Program-made: the position numbers and the translations under genes
Shown: piece by piece, positions 43,436 to 52,521 of the stretch
Numbering within the stretch: position 1 is the first letter of the stretch
How the letters are laid out: each line of letters starts with the position of its first letter
IMG/VR virus record: IMGVR_UViG_3300037189_025930
Strand: one strand, 5' to 3'
From: an uncultured virus (IMG/VR IMGVR_UViG_3300037189_025930)
Lineage: Duplodnaviria; Heunggongvirae; Uroviricota; Caudoviricetes
Length of the DNA: 64,000 nucleotides
Notes under the pieces: generated by a model
What the model was told of the DNA's origin: nothing
Database searches by the model: none
The model's input: the letters and a program-made list of their open reading frames with translations, nothing else

Positions 43436-43831
43436 ATGAAAAGAAAAAATTATTCTACTAAAATTTTCAATTCAAATAAAATACTTGGAGACACCTCTAT
43501 GGTAACGCTCAATAAAGAAAATCTTTACTTCCTGGAAACAGAAGACTTAACAGCAGATGATGTAGCATGTGATTCTCAATCACTAAGAAGGATGAGAGAC
43601 ACCGGATTAACAATGGATTCTACAATCCAAGAAATCATTGAAGTAATCACTGCAAAAGGTTTTAAACCATCACTTATCGAAACTCAAAACATCGACGTTA
43701 ATTGTACACTCGAACACTTAGTATCCAATGTGGATGGATTTGAAGAATGGGAAATCTTTGAGAACGTAATCTTGTACACTGGAGAAGATATAGAACTAAG
43801 ACTAGAGAACATTGGAGAAGATGAAGATTAA
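43436..43831 (+). CDS. acidic cassette protein (SD-led start 43499), paralogue of 44520..44840
   Basis: MVTLNKENLYF, TIQEII, EWEIFENV. Confidence 0.75.
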   Translation: MKRKNYSTKIFNSNKILGDTSMVTLNKENLYFLETEDLTADDVACDSQSLRRMRDTGLTMDSTIQEIIEVITAKGFKPSLIETQNIDVNCTLEHLVSNVDGFEEWEIFENVILYTGEDIELRLENIGEDED

Positions 43832-43930
43832 ATAACATCAAGAATCCATTCGTAAGGATGGATTCTTTTTTTTATATTTCAAAAATTTTTAGGTTTTTTC
43901 TTTTCTCTCAAAAAATTATATATTACTACT

Positions 43931-44340
43931 ATGAAAAGAAAAAATTCTATATTACAAAATTTTTCAATTCAAAAAAATTCTATTGGAGATAGAACTATGG
44001 AAGTTAAAGATTATTCTTTAAATATAAATGGACAGGATGTGGTTTTTGAAAATCATCCAGCTTGGGAAGATAGCATCAAGGCTGTAATAAAATTCGCAAA
44101 TGGATACAGTGCTTCGATAATCACGAAAAGAAGCGGAGCAGATCAATCATACAGTTCTTGTCTTGGTCAGCGGGTGGAAGTTGGGACAAGATGACTTTTG
44201 AAGTTGCACTTTTAAAAGATGGACAATTTATCTTTGATGAAGAAATTGAAGATGAAGAATATAGAGAAGAAGGTGGGGTTTGGAAAAATATCCATCTAGA
44301 AGATATGAACGAAATCTTGAGTATTATCAAAAATCGTTAA
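43931..44340 (+). pseudogene. cassette gene broken by a 5-bp duplication; homologue of 52135..52452
   Basis: TCTTG duplicated at 44156-44165; removing one copy fuses ORFs 43931 and 44158. Confidence 0.75.
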
Positions 44341-44441
44341 TCTTGAGTAGAAACCTCTTCGAAAGGAGAGGTTTCTTTTTTTTAATTTCAAAAAAATTTT
44401 TGGGTTTTTTATTTTTCTCTCAAAAATTTTATATTACTACT

Positions 44442-44840
44442 ATGAAAAGAAAAAATTTACTACTAAATAAAATTTCTAGTAAAATTCTCTTTTCAAATAA
44501 AATTCTACTTGGAGACACCATGATTACACTTAATTCGACTAACACTTACTTCTTTGACCTCGAGAAACACAACGTCGACCCTGTAACAGCAACTGTATCA
44601 ACTCATCACCGACAAAATTGGGAAGACATGGGAAACATAGATGATCTCACAATCGCAGAAGTAATCATAGAACTTCAGGAGAGAGGTTTAGATCCAATAA
44701 TCTCTGAACAGTATGAAGATCGTGAAGAAATCTTGAACATGAAATATCTAGATGTTACTAATCTAGATGAATATGATTGGGACATCTTCCATAACATAGC
44801 ACTCTCTTGGGGATACATGCTCAACAACGAATGGGAGTAA
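44442..44840 (+). CDS. acidic cassette protein (SD-led start 44520)
   Basis: MITLNSTNTYFF, TIAEVI, DWDIFHNI. Confidence 0.75.
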   Translation: MKRKNLLLNKISSKILFSNKILLGDTMITLNSTNTYFFDLEKHNVDPVTATVSTHHRQNWEDMGNIDDLTIAEVIIELQERGLDPIISEQYEDREEILNMKYLDVTNLDEYDWDIFHNIALSWGYMLNNEWE

Positions 44841-44963
44841 GGACTTTTAAACCTCTTCGAAAGGAGAGGTTTCTTTTTATTTATATGAAAAATTTTTAGG
44901 TTTTTATTTTATATTAAAAAAATAGTATTCTATTAATATAGAAATAAAAAAAATGGAGACAAT

Positions 44964-45305
44964 ATGGTTAATACATCTGAAATAATTATTCTCAAAGGTA
45001 CTTGTGGAAAATTATCAGTTACTTGTCAGTACCAAGAGAATTATAATTGGGAAGGTGAAGGCGATGGTTCACCTCGTTGGAAAATGAAAGGTGGAGACTC
45101 TTTTATTATAGATCCAGCGGACATCAAGAAGTTTGTGAACGATCCAAAAATTATCTATGAAGATAAAGTACAAAGACAGTACATTTGTCACTCAGAGATA
45201 TTACAAGAGGATTTCGTATTTGAAATACCTGATTACGTAGATCCTACAGATCGTGAATGGTACATAGGAGCTTTTTGTCCACAGATTTGGCCTAAGGTCG
45301 AATAG
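44964..45305 (+). CDS. cassette hypothetical protein
   Basis: promoter, GGAGAC SD and terminator; QYQENY...PRWKMKGGD. Confidence 0.75.
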   Translation: MVNTSEIIILKGTCGKLSVTCQYQENYNWEGEGDGSPRWKMKGGDSFIIDPADIKKFVNDPKIIYEDKVQRQYICHSEILQEDFVFEIPDYVDPTDREWYIGAFCPQIWPKVE

Positions 45306-45495
45306 TAACTAAGGGGTTGAAAAGCCCCTTCTTTTATCGTAATTATTCTTTTATCGTAATTATTCTCTCTAAGTAAAACTTCTCGGGGATCGAAAGATCC
45401 CTATTTTTTTATTATGTTAAAAATTTTGGGATTTTATTTTTTAAAAAAAATGTTTAAAAAAAAAGTGGCTCCTTGCGGAGCCACTTTTTTGGGTT

Positions 45496-45972
45496 TTACT
45501 TCTTGTACTGCTTCAAGGAATCGATCCCTTGTTCTACTATTAGGGAGTGTAATTCCCACACCTTGCCAGTGAATCTTATTACGAAAGATTCAGAAGGAGT
45601 GTTAATGGTGTAGACTGGCCAATCAACTGTTGATCTTACTACTGATGATCCACTTTTTTCGAGGTGATCATTTATGTCTTTTAAGTTCCCTTTGCCAGTG
45701 TTGCTGTACTTAATCCCAGCCAGTGCTTTTAGGTTCTTGATAAATGTCTCACTGTTCTCTATAATGTGATCCACACCTTCACTTAACATTGCCTCTATTG
45801 CGAATTGTGCTACATATGCGTTAGCTGATTCAATTGAGGAGAATTCTTTATCTCCAACTTTGTAAGATTTAGTTGCTGTAATGTTCATTTTAGTCTCCAT
45901 GACTTTTTTTATTTGAAAAGTAAAATTTATTTTAGTAGAATTTTTTTCTAGTAGTAAATTTTTTCTTTTCAT
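45496..45972 (-). CDS. KVGDKE/WPVY long form, copy 1 (SD-led start 45888)
   Basis: near-identical C-terminal half to 47350 and 49835. Confidence 0.85.
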   Translation of the reverse strand: MKRKNLLLEKNSTKINFTFQIKKVMETKMNITATKSYKVGDKEFSSIESANAYVAQFAIEAMLSEGVDHIIENSETFIKNLKALAGIKYSNTGKGNLKDINDHLEKSGSSVVRSTVDWPVYTINTPSESFVIRFTGKVWELHSLIVEQGIDSLKQYKK

Positions 45973-46166
45973 ACTACTACAATACTACTTTTCTAACTTA
46001 TTTCAAAAACCTAAAAATTATATATACTTAATTTTATTTCTTAGTTTTTAGGTTTTTTATTTTATTTCAATAAATAGTATTCTATTAATATGAAAAGAAA
46101 AAAAAGAATATTAAAAAAATTCTCTCTTTTCTTCTCAAATAAAACTAAAATCGTGGAGACGATACT

Positions 46167-46349
46167 ATGGAAATCAAAGCAACTAAAATATTTAAAGTAG
46201 GGGACAAAGAATACTCCTCTAGAGAAGAAGCAATCACAGCAGCCGCAATGGATATTCTTCATACAGAAATCCCACTTGGCATCGACAACGTGATCGCCAA
46301 GAGTGGGGATATTATCAAGGCTCTTCAAGTAGTAGGGAAGAAGAAGTAA
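46167..46349 (+). CDS. KVGDKE short form type J, copy 1
   Basis: FKVGDKEYSSREEA...IPLGIDNVIAKS. Confidence 0.85.
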   Translation: MEIKATKIFKVGDKEYSSREEAITAAAMDILHTEIPLGIDNVIAKSGDIIKALQVVGKKK

Positions 46350-46446
46350 AACAACAAGAGAGAGGTCAAAAGATCTCTCTCTTTTTTATTATCTGTTTTA
46401 TTTTTAGGTTTTTTAATATATTAGAAAAAATTATATATTTATTATT

Positions 46447-46848
46447 ATGAAAAGAAAAACTTCTAATATATTAGAATTTTCAAAAAATGGAGATGAAACT
46501 ATGAAAACACTACAACCATCCCTACAAAGGGCTCTTCGAAAGATTGGGTTCAAGAAAGTAAAGTCAACAGGGTTCCTTGGAATGAAAGGTGGAGAGTATG
46601 GTCCAATGACAATAACTGATGCTTATCTAAGACACAATAAAGAGGTTGCTTTTGAGGTTAAGATTGGATTAATTCAAGAATTGAAGTTAACCACTGATAT
46701 GGAATTTAACTTTAACGAGAAATCACAGTACGAGTTCACTTTATCTTTAACTAGAAAGACAGTTTCTGAAACATTCGGATTCTACTTTTGTCCAGTAACT
46801 GAAAAAGGTTATCAAAACTACTACCTAACCTTTATAAATCTTTCTTAA
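46447..46848 (+). CDS. cassette hypothetical protein (SD-led start 46501)
   Basis: own promoter, GGAGA SD and GAAA-loop terminator. Confidence 0.75.
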   Translation: MKRKTSNILEFSKNGDETMKTLQPSLQRALRKIGFKKVKSTGFLGMKGGEYGPMTITDAYLRHNKEVAFEVKIGLIQELKLTTDMEFNFNEKSQYEFTLSLTRKTVSETFGFYFCPVTEKGYQNYYLTFINLS

Positions 46849-46937
46849 TAAGGAAAGGGTCGAAAGACCCTTTTTTTTTTATTTCTATAAAATTTTTAGG
46901 TTTTTTCTTTTCTATTAAAAAATAGTATTCTATTAAT

Positions 46938-47195
46938 ATGAAAAGAAAAGAAAGAATACTAAAAAACTCTCTCTTTACTTCTCAAATAAAATTAAATCGT
47001 GGAGACGATACTATGGAAATTTCAATAACAAAAGTTTATACAGTAGGTGGAAAAGAGTTTTCTACAAAAGAAGAAGCATTCAGAGAAACAGCAATCGAGA
47101 TTCTCAGAAAGCACGTAAGTAGTGAGCAAGAAGTAAAGGCTCTCGTAGAGAACGCAGATGAAGTGAGAAGAGCACTAGCAATTCTCAAGAAGTAA
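46938..47195 (+). CDS. KVGDKE short form type L, copy 1 (SD-led start 47013)
   Basis: YTVGGKEFSTKEEA...NADEVRRALAILKK. Confidence 0.85.
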   Translation: MKRKERILKNSLFTSQIKLNRGDDTMEISITKVYTVGGKEFSTKEEAFRETAIEILRKHVSSEQEVKALVENADEVRRALAILKK

Positions 47196-47349
47196 AAAAG
47201 TAAAGAGAGGGATCGAAAGATCTCTCTCTTTTTTTATGTCCGCTTAGTTTTTTGGATTTGACAATTAAAAAAAATAAAAAAAATTTTTGGGATTTTAAAA
47301 AAAATGTTTAAAAAAAAAGTGACTCCTTGCGGAGCCACTCTTTTGGGAT

Positions 47350-47829
47350 TTACTTCTTGTACTGTTTCAAGGAATCGATCCCTTGGTTCACGATCATCGC
47401 GTGGAGTTCCCACACTTTGCCTACGAATCTGATTGCGAAAGATTCAGAAGGAGTGTTGATGGTGTAGACTGGCCAATCAACTGTTGATCTAACCACTGAT
47501 GAACCCTGCTTTTCTAGGTGATCATTGATGTCTTTCAAGTTCCCTTTGCCTACATTGGTATACTTGATGTTAGATACGATTTTCAGTTGCTTGATGAATT
47601 CTGCACTGTTTTCTACGATATAATCAACTCCCTCTTTTAGCATTGCCTCTACTGCGAATTGTGCTACGTACGAGTTTGCTGCTTCTAGGGTTGAAAATTC
47701 TTTGTCCCCTACTTTGTATGATTTAGCTGCTTTGATTTCCATTTTAGTCTCCATGACTTTTTTTATTTGAAAAGTAGTAGAATTATTTTCAGAAATTTTA
47801 TTTTCTAAGAATACTTTTTTTCTTTTCAT
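47350..47829 (-). CDS. KVGDKE/WPVY long form, copy 2 (SD-led start 47742)
   Basis: paralogue of 45496. Confidence 0.85.
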   Translation of the reverse strand: MKRKKVFLENKISENNSTTFQIKKVMETKMEIKAAKSYKVGDKEFSTLEAANSYVAQFAVEAMLKEGVDYIVENSAEFIKQLKIVSNIKYTNVGKGNLKDINDHLEKQGSSVVRSTVDWPVYTINTPSESFAIRFVGKVWELHAMIVNQGIDSLKQYKK

Positions 47830-47997
47830 ACTACTACAATACTACTTTTCTAAGTTATTTAAAAAACCTAAAAATTTAGTATATAGTAGTATAGAATTTT
47901 TAGGTTTTTTCTTTTCTCTTGAAAAATTATATATTACTATTATGAAAAGAAAAAATATTCTCAAAAATACTTTTCAAATAAATCGTGGAGATAAAAA

Positions 47998-48438
47998 ATG
48001 AGTGAATTAACTAAAGAACAACTAAAGCAAAAGCTTCTTACAGATGACAAAGCTTTAATAGCAGCATTAGTAGCGTTAAATGGTTGTCAAACAGAAGAGG
48101 AAGTTGCCTCTGGAAGAACTATTGATAGAAATGGTATGGGGTTCAGATCTTTCGATTCTAAGGTCGGTAGTGGAATGGTTAAGTTCTATAAGAAGACTGG
48201 ATTCTTAACTCCTAAGCAAATCGAGTATTGGAAGAAAAAAGATGTTAGAGGTAAAGAAAGAATTATTTGTTACCTCAACCAACTCCATACTTTACACCTC
48301 AGAAAGAGACAAGAGATAGAAAGCAATAAACGTGAAACACAAGAAGCACCTCCAATACATAAGCATGTAGAGCAAGAAGAAAGGAGTGGACTTAATTCAA
48401 AATATCCACTAGGTTCTAGACTTAGGAACGGGTTTTAA
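47998..48438 (+). CDS. conserved phage hypothetical protein
   Basis: QTEEE...NGMGFRSFD...FLTPKQ; own promoter and terminator. Confidence 0.75.
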   Translation: MSELTKEQLKQKLLTDDKALIAALVALNGCQTEEEVASGRTIDRNGMGFRSFDSKVGSGMVKFYKKTGFLTPKQIEYWKKKDVRGKERIICYLNQLHTLHLRKRQEIESNKRETQEAPPIHKHVEQEERSGLNSKYPLGSRLRNGF

Positions 48439-48528
48439 ACCCGTTTTTTTTTATGTTTAATTAATTTTTGGGTATTGACATTTAATGAACATAAAATAAT
48501 GGAGTAAAAATACTCCATTTCCTTAGTA

Positions 48529-48903
48529 CTAGATGTATATCTCCATGTCCTTATTAGTAGTCTCAACGATCTTCTTAATCTTTGGATGAAGAATAACATC
48601 TAGTGGTTTCTTATCTTCCACTGTTCGGTGCCAAGATATGTGTTGTGAATTGTAGAGGTATTTGTTTTCAGAAGTTCCAGGTGTTGAATAATATCCAAAG
48701 TCTTCGTGATACTTAATAGATCCAGAGTTCACTAAAAGATTAATAGAGTTACAACTATATCCTCTTGAAACTTCTCCCTTTTTTAAATCTTTCTTTTTGA
48801 TACCTCTAGAAAGAGTATACATCTTTTCTTGAACACCCTTAAAAGTAAGTACATTTGTTTCAAGGTATTTTACTAATCTTCTAGCAATGTTTTTATTTTT
48901 CAT
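48529..48903 (-). CDS. cassette hypothetical protein, possibly winged-helix
   Basis: own promoter, AAGGAG SD and terminator. Confidence 0.7.
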   Translation of the reverse strand: MKNKNIARRLVKYLETNVLTFKGVQEKMYTLSRGIKKKDLKKGEVSRGYSCNSINLLVNSGSIKYHEDFGYYSTPGTSENKYLYNSQHISWHRTVEDKKPLDVILHPKIKKIVETTNKDMEIYI

Positions 48904-49081
48904 TGATTAAATCTCCTTTTTGTGTTAAATAAAATTCAATATGAAAATCTTTTATTTTCATATTAATATAATATTTCTTTTTTAATTTAATGCAAAAACC
49001 CAAAAACTAAATTGTACTAATTTTTTATTTAAGAATTTTTTAGGTTTTTTATTTTATTTCAATAAATAGTATTCTATTAAT

Positions 49082-49348
49082 ATGAAAAGAAAAAGAATAC
49101 TACTAGAGAATACTTCTCAAAGTAAAGTTCTTTACTTCTCAAATAAAACTAAAATCGTGGAGACGAACATGCAAATAACAACAACTAAAGTATTTAAAGT
49201 CGGTGACAAAGAGTATTCTTCTAAAGAAGAAGCAATCAAAGCAGCAGCAATGGATATTCTTCACTCAGAAATCCCACTCGGCATCGACAATGTGATCGCC
49301 AAGAGTGCAGAGATTATAAAGGCTCTTCAAGTAGTAGGGAAGAAGTAA
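49082..49348 (+). CDS. KVGDKE short form type J, copy 2 (SD-led start 49169)
   Basis: paralogue of 46167. Confidence 0.85.
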   Translation: MKRKRILLENTSQSKVLYFSNKTKIVETNMQITTTKVFKVGDKEYSSKEEAIKAAAMDILHSEIPLGIDNVIAKSAEIIKALQVVGKK

Positions 49349-49442
49349 GACAAAAGGGGAGATCGAAAGATCTCCCTTTTTTTTATTTCTATAAAATTTT
49401 TTGGGTTTTTTCTTTTCTATTGAAAAATAGTATTCTATTAAT

Positions 49443-49700
49443 ATGAAAAGAAAAGAAAGAATACTAAAAAACTCTCTCTTTACTTCTCAAATAAAAACAA
49501 GTCATGGAGACTACAAAATGAATATATCAGTAACTAAAGTTTACACAGTGGATGGAAAGGAATTCTCTTCTAAAGAAGAAGCAATCAGAGCAACTGCGGT
49601 TGGGATTCTGAAGAAGCACGTAAGTAGAGATCAAGAAGTACAGGCTCTCTTAGACAACGCAGACGAAGTGAGAAGAGCACTAGCAATTCTCAAAAAGTAA
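49443..49700 (+). CDS. KVGDKE short form type L, copy 2 (SD-led start 49518)
   Basis: paralogue of 46938. Confidence 0.85.
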   Translation: MKRKERILKNSLFTSQIKTSHGDYKMNISVTKVYTVDGKEFSSKEEAIRATAVGILKKHVSRDQEVQALLDNADEVRRALAILKK

Positions 49701-49834
49701 AACAGCAAAGAGAGGGATCGAAAGATCTCTCTCTCTTTTTTTTTTATGTCCGCTTAGTTTTTGGGATTTGACATTTAAAAAATAAAAAAAAACATAAAAA
49801 AAAGTGACTCCTTGCGGAGCCACTCTTTCGTGAT

Positions 49835-50311
49835 TTACTTCTTGTACTGCTTGAGAGAATCCAATCCTTGTTCTACGATCAGGGAGTGTAGTTCCCATAC
49901 TTTGCCTACGAACCTTATTACGAAAGATTCAGAAGGAGTATTGATGGTATAGACTGGCCAATCAACTGAAGATCTAACCACCGAGGAACCGCTTTTTTCA
50001 AGGTGTTCGTTGATGTCTTTCAAGTTCCCTTTGCCTACGTTAGTGTACTTGATGCCTGCTAGTACTTTGAGGCTTTTTATGAATGCTTCGCTGTTTTCGA
50101 TGATGTGATCTACACCTTCGTTTAAGTGAGCTTCAACTTCAATTTTAGCCACGTGTGCGTTTGCTGCTTCGAGAGAGGTGAATTCAAGATTCCCTACTTT
50201 GTAAGATTTAGTTGCTGTAATGTTCATTTTAGTCTCCATGACTTTTTTTATTTGAAAAGTAAAATTCAATATAGTAGAAGTTTTTTCTAGTAGTAGAATT
50301 TTTCTTTTCAT
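49835..50311 (-). CDS. KVGDKE/WPVY long form, copy 3 (leader ATG 50311, SD-led start 50227)
   Basis: paralogue of 45496 and 47350; the track start at 50353 lies inside the promoter. Confidence 0.85.
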   Translation of the reverse strand: MKRKILLLEKTSTILNFTFQIKKVMETKMNITATKSYKVGNLEFTSLEAANAHVAKIEVEAHLNEGVDHIIENSEAFIKSLKVLAGIKYTNVGKGNLKDINEHLEKSGSSVVRSSVDWPVYTINTPSESFVIRFVGKVWELHSLIVEQGLDSLKQYKK

Positions 50312-50424
50312 AATAGTAGAATATACTTTTTTGAGTATTTTAAAAAAACCCAAAAATTCTATATATTACTATAACTATTTTTTTAGGTTTTTTATTCTCT
50401 GTAAAAAAGTAGTATTCTATTAAT

Positions 50425-50838
50425 ATGAAAAGAGAAAAAATATTCAAAAACACTTTTACTACTTTTCAAATAAATAACTCTCATGGAGACGAGAACATGA
50501 CAATTACATCTATCAAAGACAAATTATTTGGAACAGCAGAAGAATCCATTAACCCTATCGAAATGGCATTAGCAACTATAGAACCTCCAGTTGAAACCAT
50601 GAAATACACGGTTGAAGCATCTTCACAAGTTACTCCAACAGTAAAAGTTGCTCCAGTTGCAATTTCTATATCAAAGGTTTTCAAAGTAGGTGATAAAGAG
50701 TATGCATCAAAAGAAGAAGCAATCATAGCAGCAGCAATGGAAACACTTCATTCAGAAATCCCTCTTGGCATCGATAACGTAATTGCTAAGAGTGTGGATA
50801 TTATCAAGGCTCTTCAAGTAGTAGGGAAAAAGAAGTAA
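50425..50838 (+). CDS. KVGDKE short form type J, copy 3, with N-terminal extension (SD-led start 50497)
   Basis: C-terminal 60 aa paralogous to 46167. Confidence 0.85.
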   Translation: MKREKIFKNTFTTFQINNSHGDENMTITSIKDKLFGTAEESINPIEMALATIEPPVETMKYTVEASSQVTPTVKVAPVAISISKVFKVGDKEYASKEEAIIAAAMETLHSEIPLGIDNVIAKSVDIIKALQVVGKKK

Positions 50839-50845
50839 ATCAGTA

Positions 50846-50875
50846 AGAGGGAGGTCGAAAGATCTCCCTTTTTTT
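50846..50875. terminator. bidirectional terminator closing the array
   Basis: AAGAGGGAGGTC-gaaa-GATCTCCCTTTT. Confidence 0.8.
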
Positions 50876-51074
50876 ATGTTCTATTAGTTTTATGAAGTTT
50901 ATTAGCGAAATTTATTGCATCTCTATCTCTAACAAAAACACCAAACTCTTCTAATATTGAATTTAGCTGTCTTTGATCTATTTTGAATTCCCATAAGATC
51001 ATCTTTTTAGTTTGACCATCGTTAATTCTTTTTAGGATTTTTTGTTTTAGTTCTGGTGTAAATTGTTTTTTCAT
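50874..51074 (-). CDS. small HTH DNA-binding protein
   Basis: FTPELKQKILKRINDGQTKKMILWEFKIDQRQLNSIL. Confidence 0.6.
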   Translation of the reverse strand: MKKQFTPELKQKILKRINDGQTKKMILWEFKIDQRQLNSILEEFGVFVRDRDAINFANKLHKTNRT

Positions 51075-51116
51075 AATAAAAAGAATCCCGACACTAACAT
51101 CGGGATTCTATACTCC

Positions 51117-51518
51117 TTATTTGGAATAGGTAAGGTTAAAAAGATTTTCTGAAATAGCTTTATCTTTTTCAGATACAATAATCTTTTTCATATTCTTTGG
51201 TCTTTTGTTCTTGGTTCTAAATAAGTAGATAAGATCTGATCTAAAGAATCCTTCTTTCTTAGCCAACTCTGCTAGATTCTTATATCCTCTTGCTTCTATC
51301 TTCTTATTAGAGAAAGACCAAGAACCATATTCTTCATTCTTTAAAAAGAAGTGTTTCAAAAGGTACTCTCCATAAACATCAATACCAAGTTCTTTAATCT
51401 TCTTTCTACTGAATGGACCTTTTATTTTAGAAAGAACAGATAAGACGTTCTTAACCTTTGATTCTTTCAAAGCTGATCTATGAATAACTCTTTTTTGTTT
51501 GATTTTAACTGTCTTCAT
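51117..51518 (-). CDS. basic hypothetical protein
   Basis: ORF with AGG RBS. Confidence 0.6.
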   Translation of the reverse strand: MKTVKIKQKRVIHRSALKESKVKNVLSVLSKIKGPFSRKKIKELGIDVYGEYLLKHFFLKNEEYGSWSFSNKKIEARGYKNLAELAKKEGFFRSDLIYLFRTKNKRPKNMKKIIVSEKDKAISENLFNLTYSK

Positions 51519-51525
51519 TCGTTAC

Positions 51526-51882
51526 CTACTTCTGTACATAGGGACTTAAACCATCTATCCCGTTCTTTTCTATTATCTCAAACATCTCATTTACTTTTCC
51601 TTTGAAGAGAACCGAGTAGGACTCTCCATTTTGAAATATGTGATAGAGTGGCCATTTCTTTTCATCCCTTTCCATCTTAATACCATCTTTAGAAAGAATC
51701 TGATTAATAGAAGCTAAGGAGCCTCTTGATGGATTAGAATTCTTAGAAACGATTCTTGGTTTCTTTATGCCAGAAGCAATCTTTAGGTTTTCAATAAAAT
51801 TATCAGAATTCTCAATAATATCATCTACTCCCTTTTCAATAAATTGCCCTACTGTTTCTTTTGCTGCTTCAATTGTACTCAT
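51526..51882 (-). CDS. WPVY-family protein lacking the KVGDKE hairpin
   Basis: GVDDIIENSDNFIENLK, KWPLY, FKGKVNEM, GIDGL. Confidence 0.8.
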   Translation of the reverse strand: MSTIEAAKETVGQFIEKGVDDIIENSDNFIENLKIASGIKKPRIVSKNSNPSRGSLASINQILSKDGIKMERDEKKWPLYHIFQNGESYSVLFKGKVNEMFEIIEKNGIDGLSPYVQK

Positions 51883-52134
51883 TGTTTTACCTCTTGTTTT
51901 GTTTTTGTATATTCAATATATATACCTAAATAAATTATATAGTAATAACACGAATATGTTTTATATATTTATCCATAGAACTTACCTTTTTTCTCTATTA
52001 AAATTTATATATAATTAAATAATAATATAATTCTTAATAGGTGACTAAACCCAAAAATTAATCAGTCTAAAAAATAATAGAATTGTTTTTGGGTTTTTAA
52101 TTAAAAATAATATATTAAATTAGTAGAGGAAAAC

Positions 52135-52452
52135 ATGAAAGATTTTAAACACTATTTATCATTGATAAATGAATCAAAAACAATGAGCGTTACTTTTGGA
52201 GATTATAAAATTGATTTTAAAAATAAATCTAAATCTATCTTAGAAGGATCTGTAGATTTCCCAAATAAACACAGTGCATATATAATTACTAAAGATGGAA
52301 AAACTTTTGAAGTATCAATGATGAAAGATGGAGAATTATTATTTGATAAAACAATCATTAATGATGATTATATAAAAGATAATGGAGTATGGAAAGGATT
52401 GAGTTCAGATGATGTAAGAAGTCTTCTAATAGATATTTCTGATCGTCCTTAA
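52135..52452 (+). CDS. candidate internal head protein, homologue of the 43931 cassette gene
   Basis: MKDFKHYLSLINE leader; SAYIITK, TFEVSMMKDG, GVWK. Confidence 0.7.
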   Translation: MKDFKHYLSLINESKTMSVTFGDYKIDFKNKSKSILEGSVDFPNKHSAYIITKDGKTFEVSMMKDGELLFDKTIINDDYIKDNGVWKGLSSDDVRSLLIDISDRP

Positions 52453-52521
52453 TTTAAGGATTTTTAATTAAAACACGTAAAAAACTATCCCTACTCTAAT
52501 AGGTAGGGATATATAGAAGTG

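Larger units (their letters stand above)
41100..50875. other. array of about 19 single-gene cassettes (promoter, leader, SD, gene, terminator) in both orientations
   Basis: repeated TTTTRGGTTT-N22-TAnnnT-N6-ATGAAAAGA, TTTTCAAATAAA, GGAGAY and stable-loop hairpins. Confidence 0.9.

Noticed and set aside
41168..50838. MKRK leaders as conserved signal peptides or NLS
   Set aside because: No hydrophobic core, the shared DNA motif is read in different frames, and four leaders are not fused to the gene.
41100..50875. Classical integron, shufflon or DGR
   Set aside because: No tyrosine or serine recombinase or reverse transcriptase in the window, no attC-type sites, and paralogue differences do not look adenine-specific.
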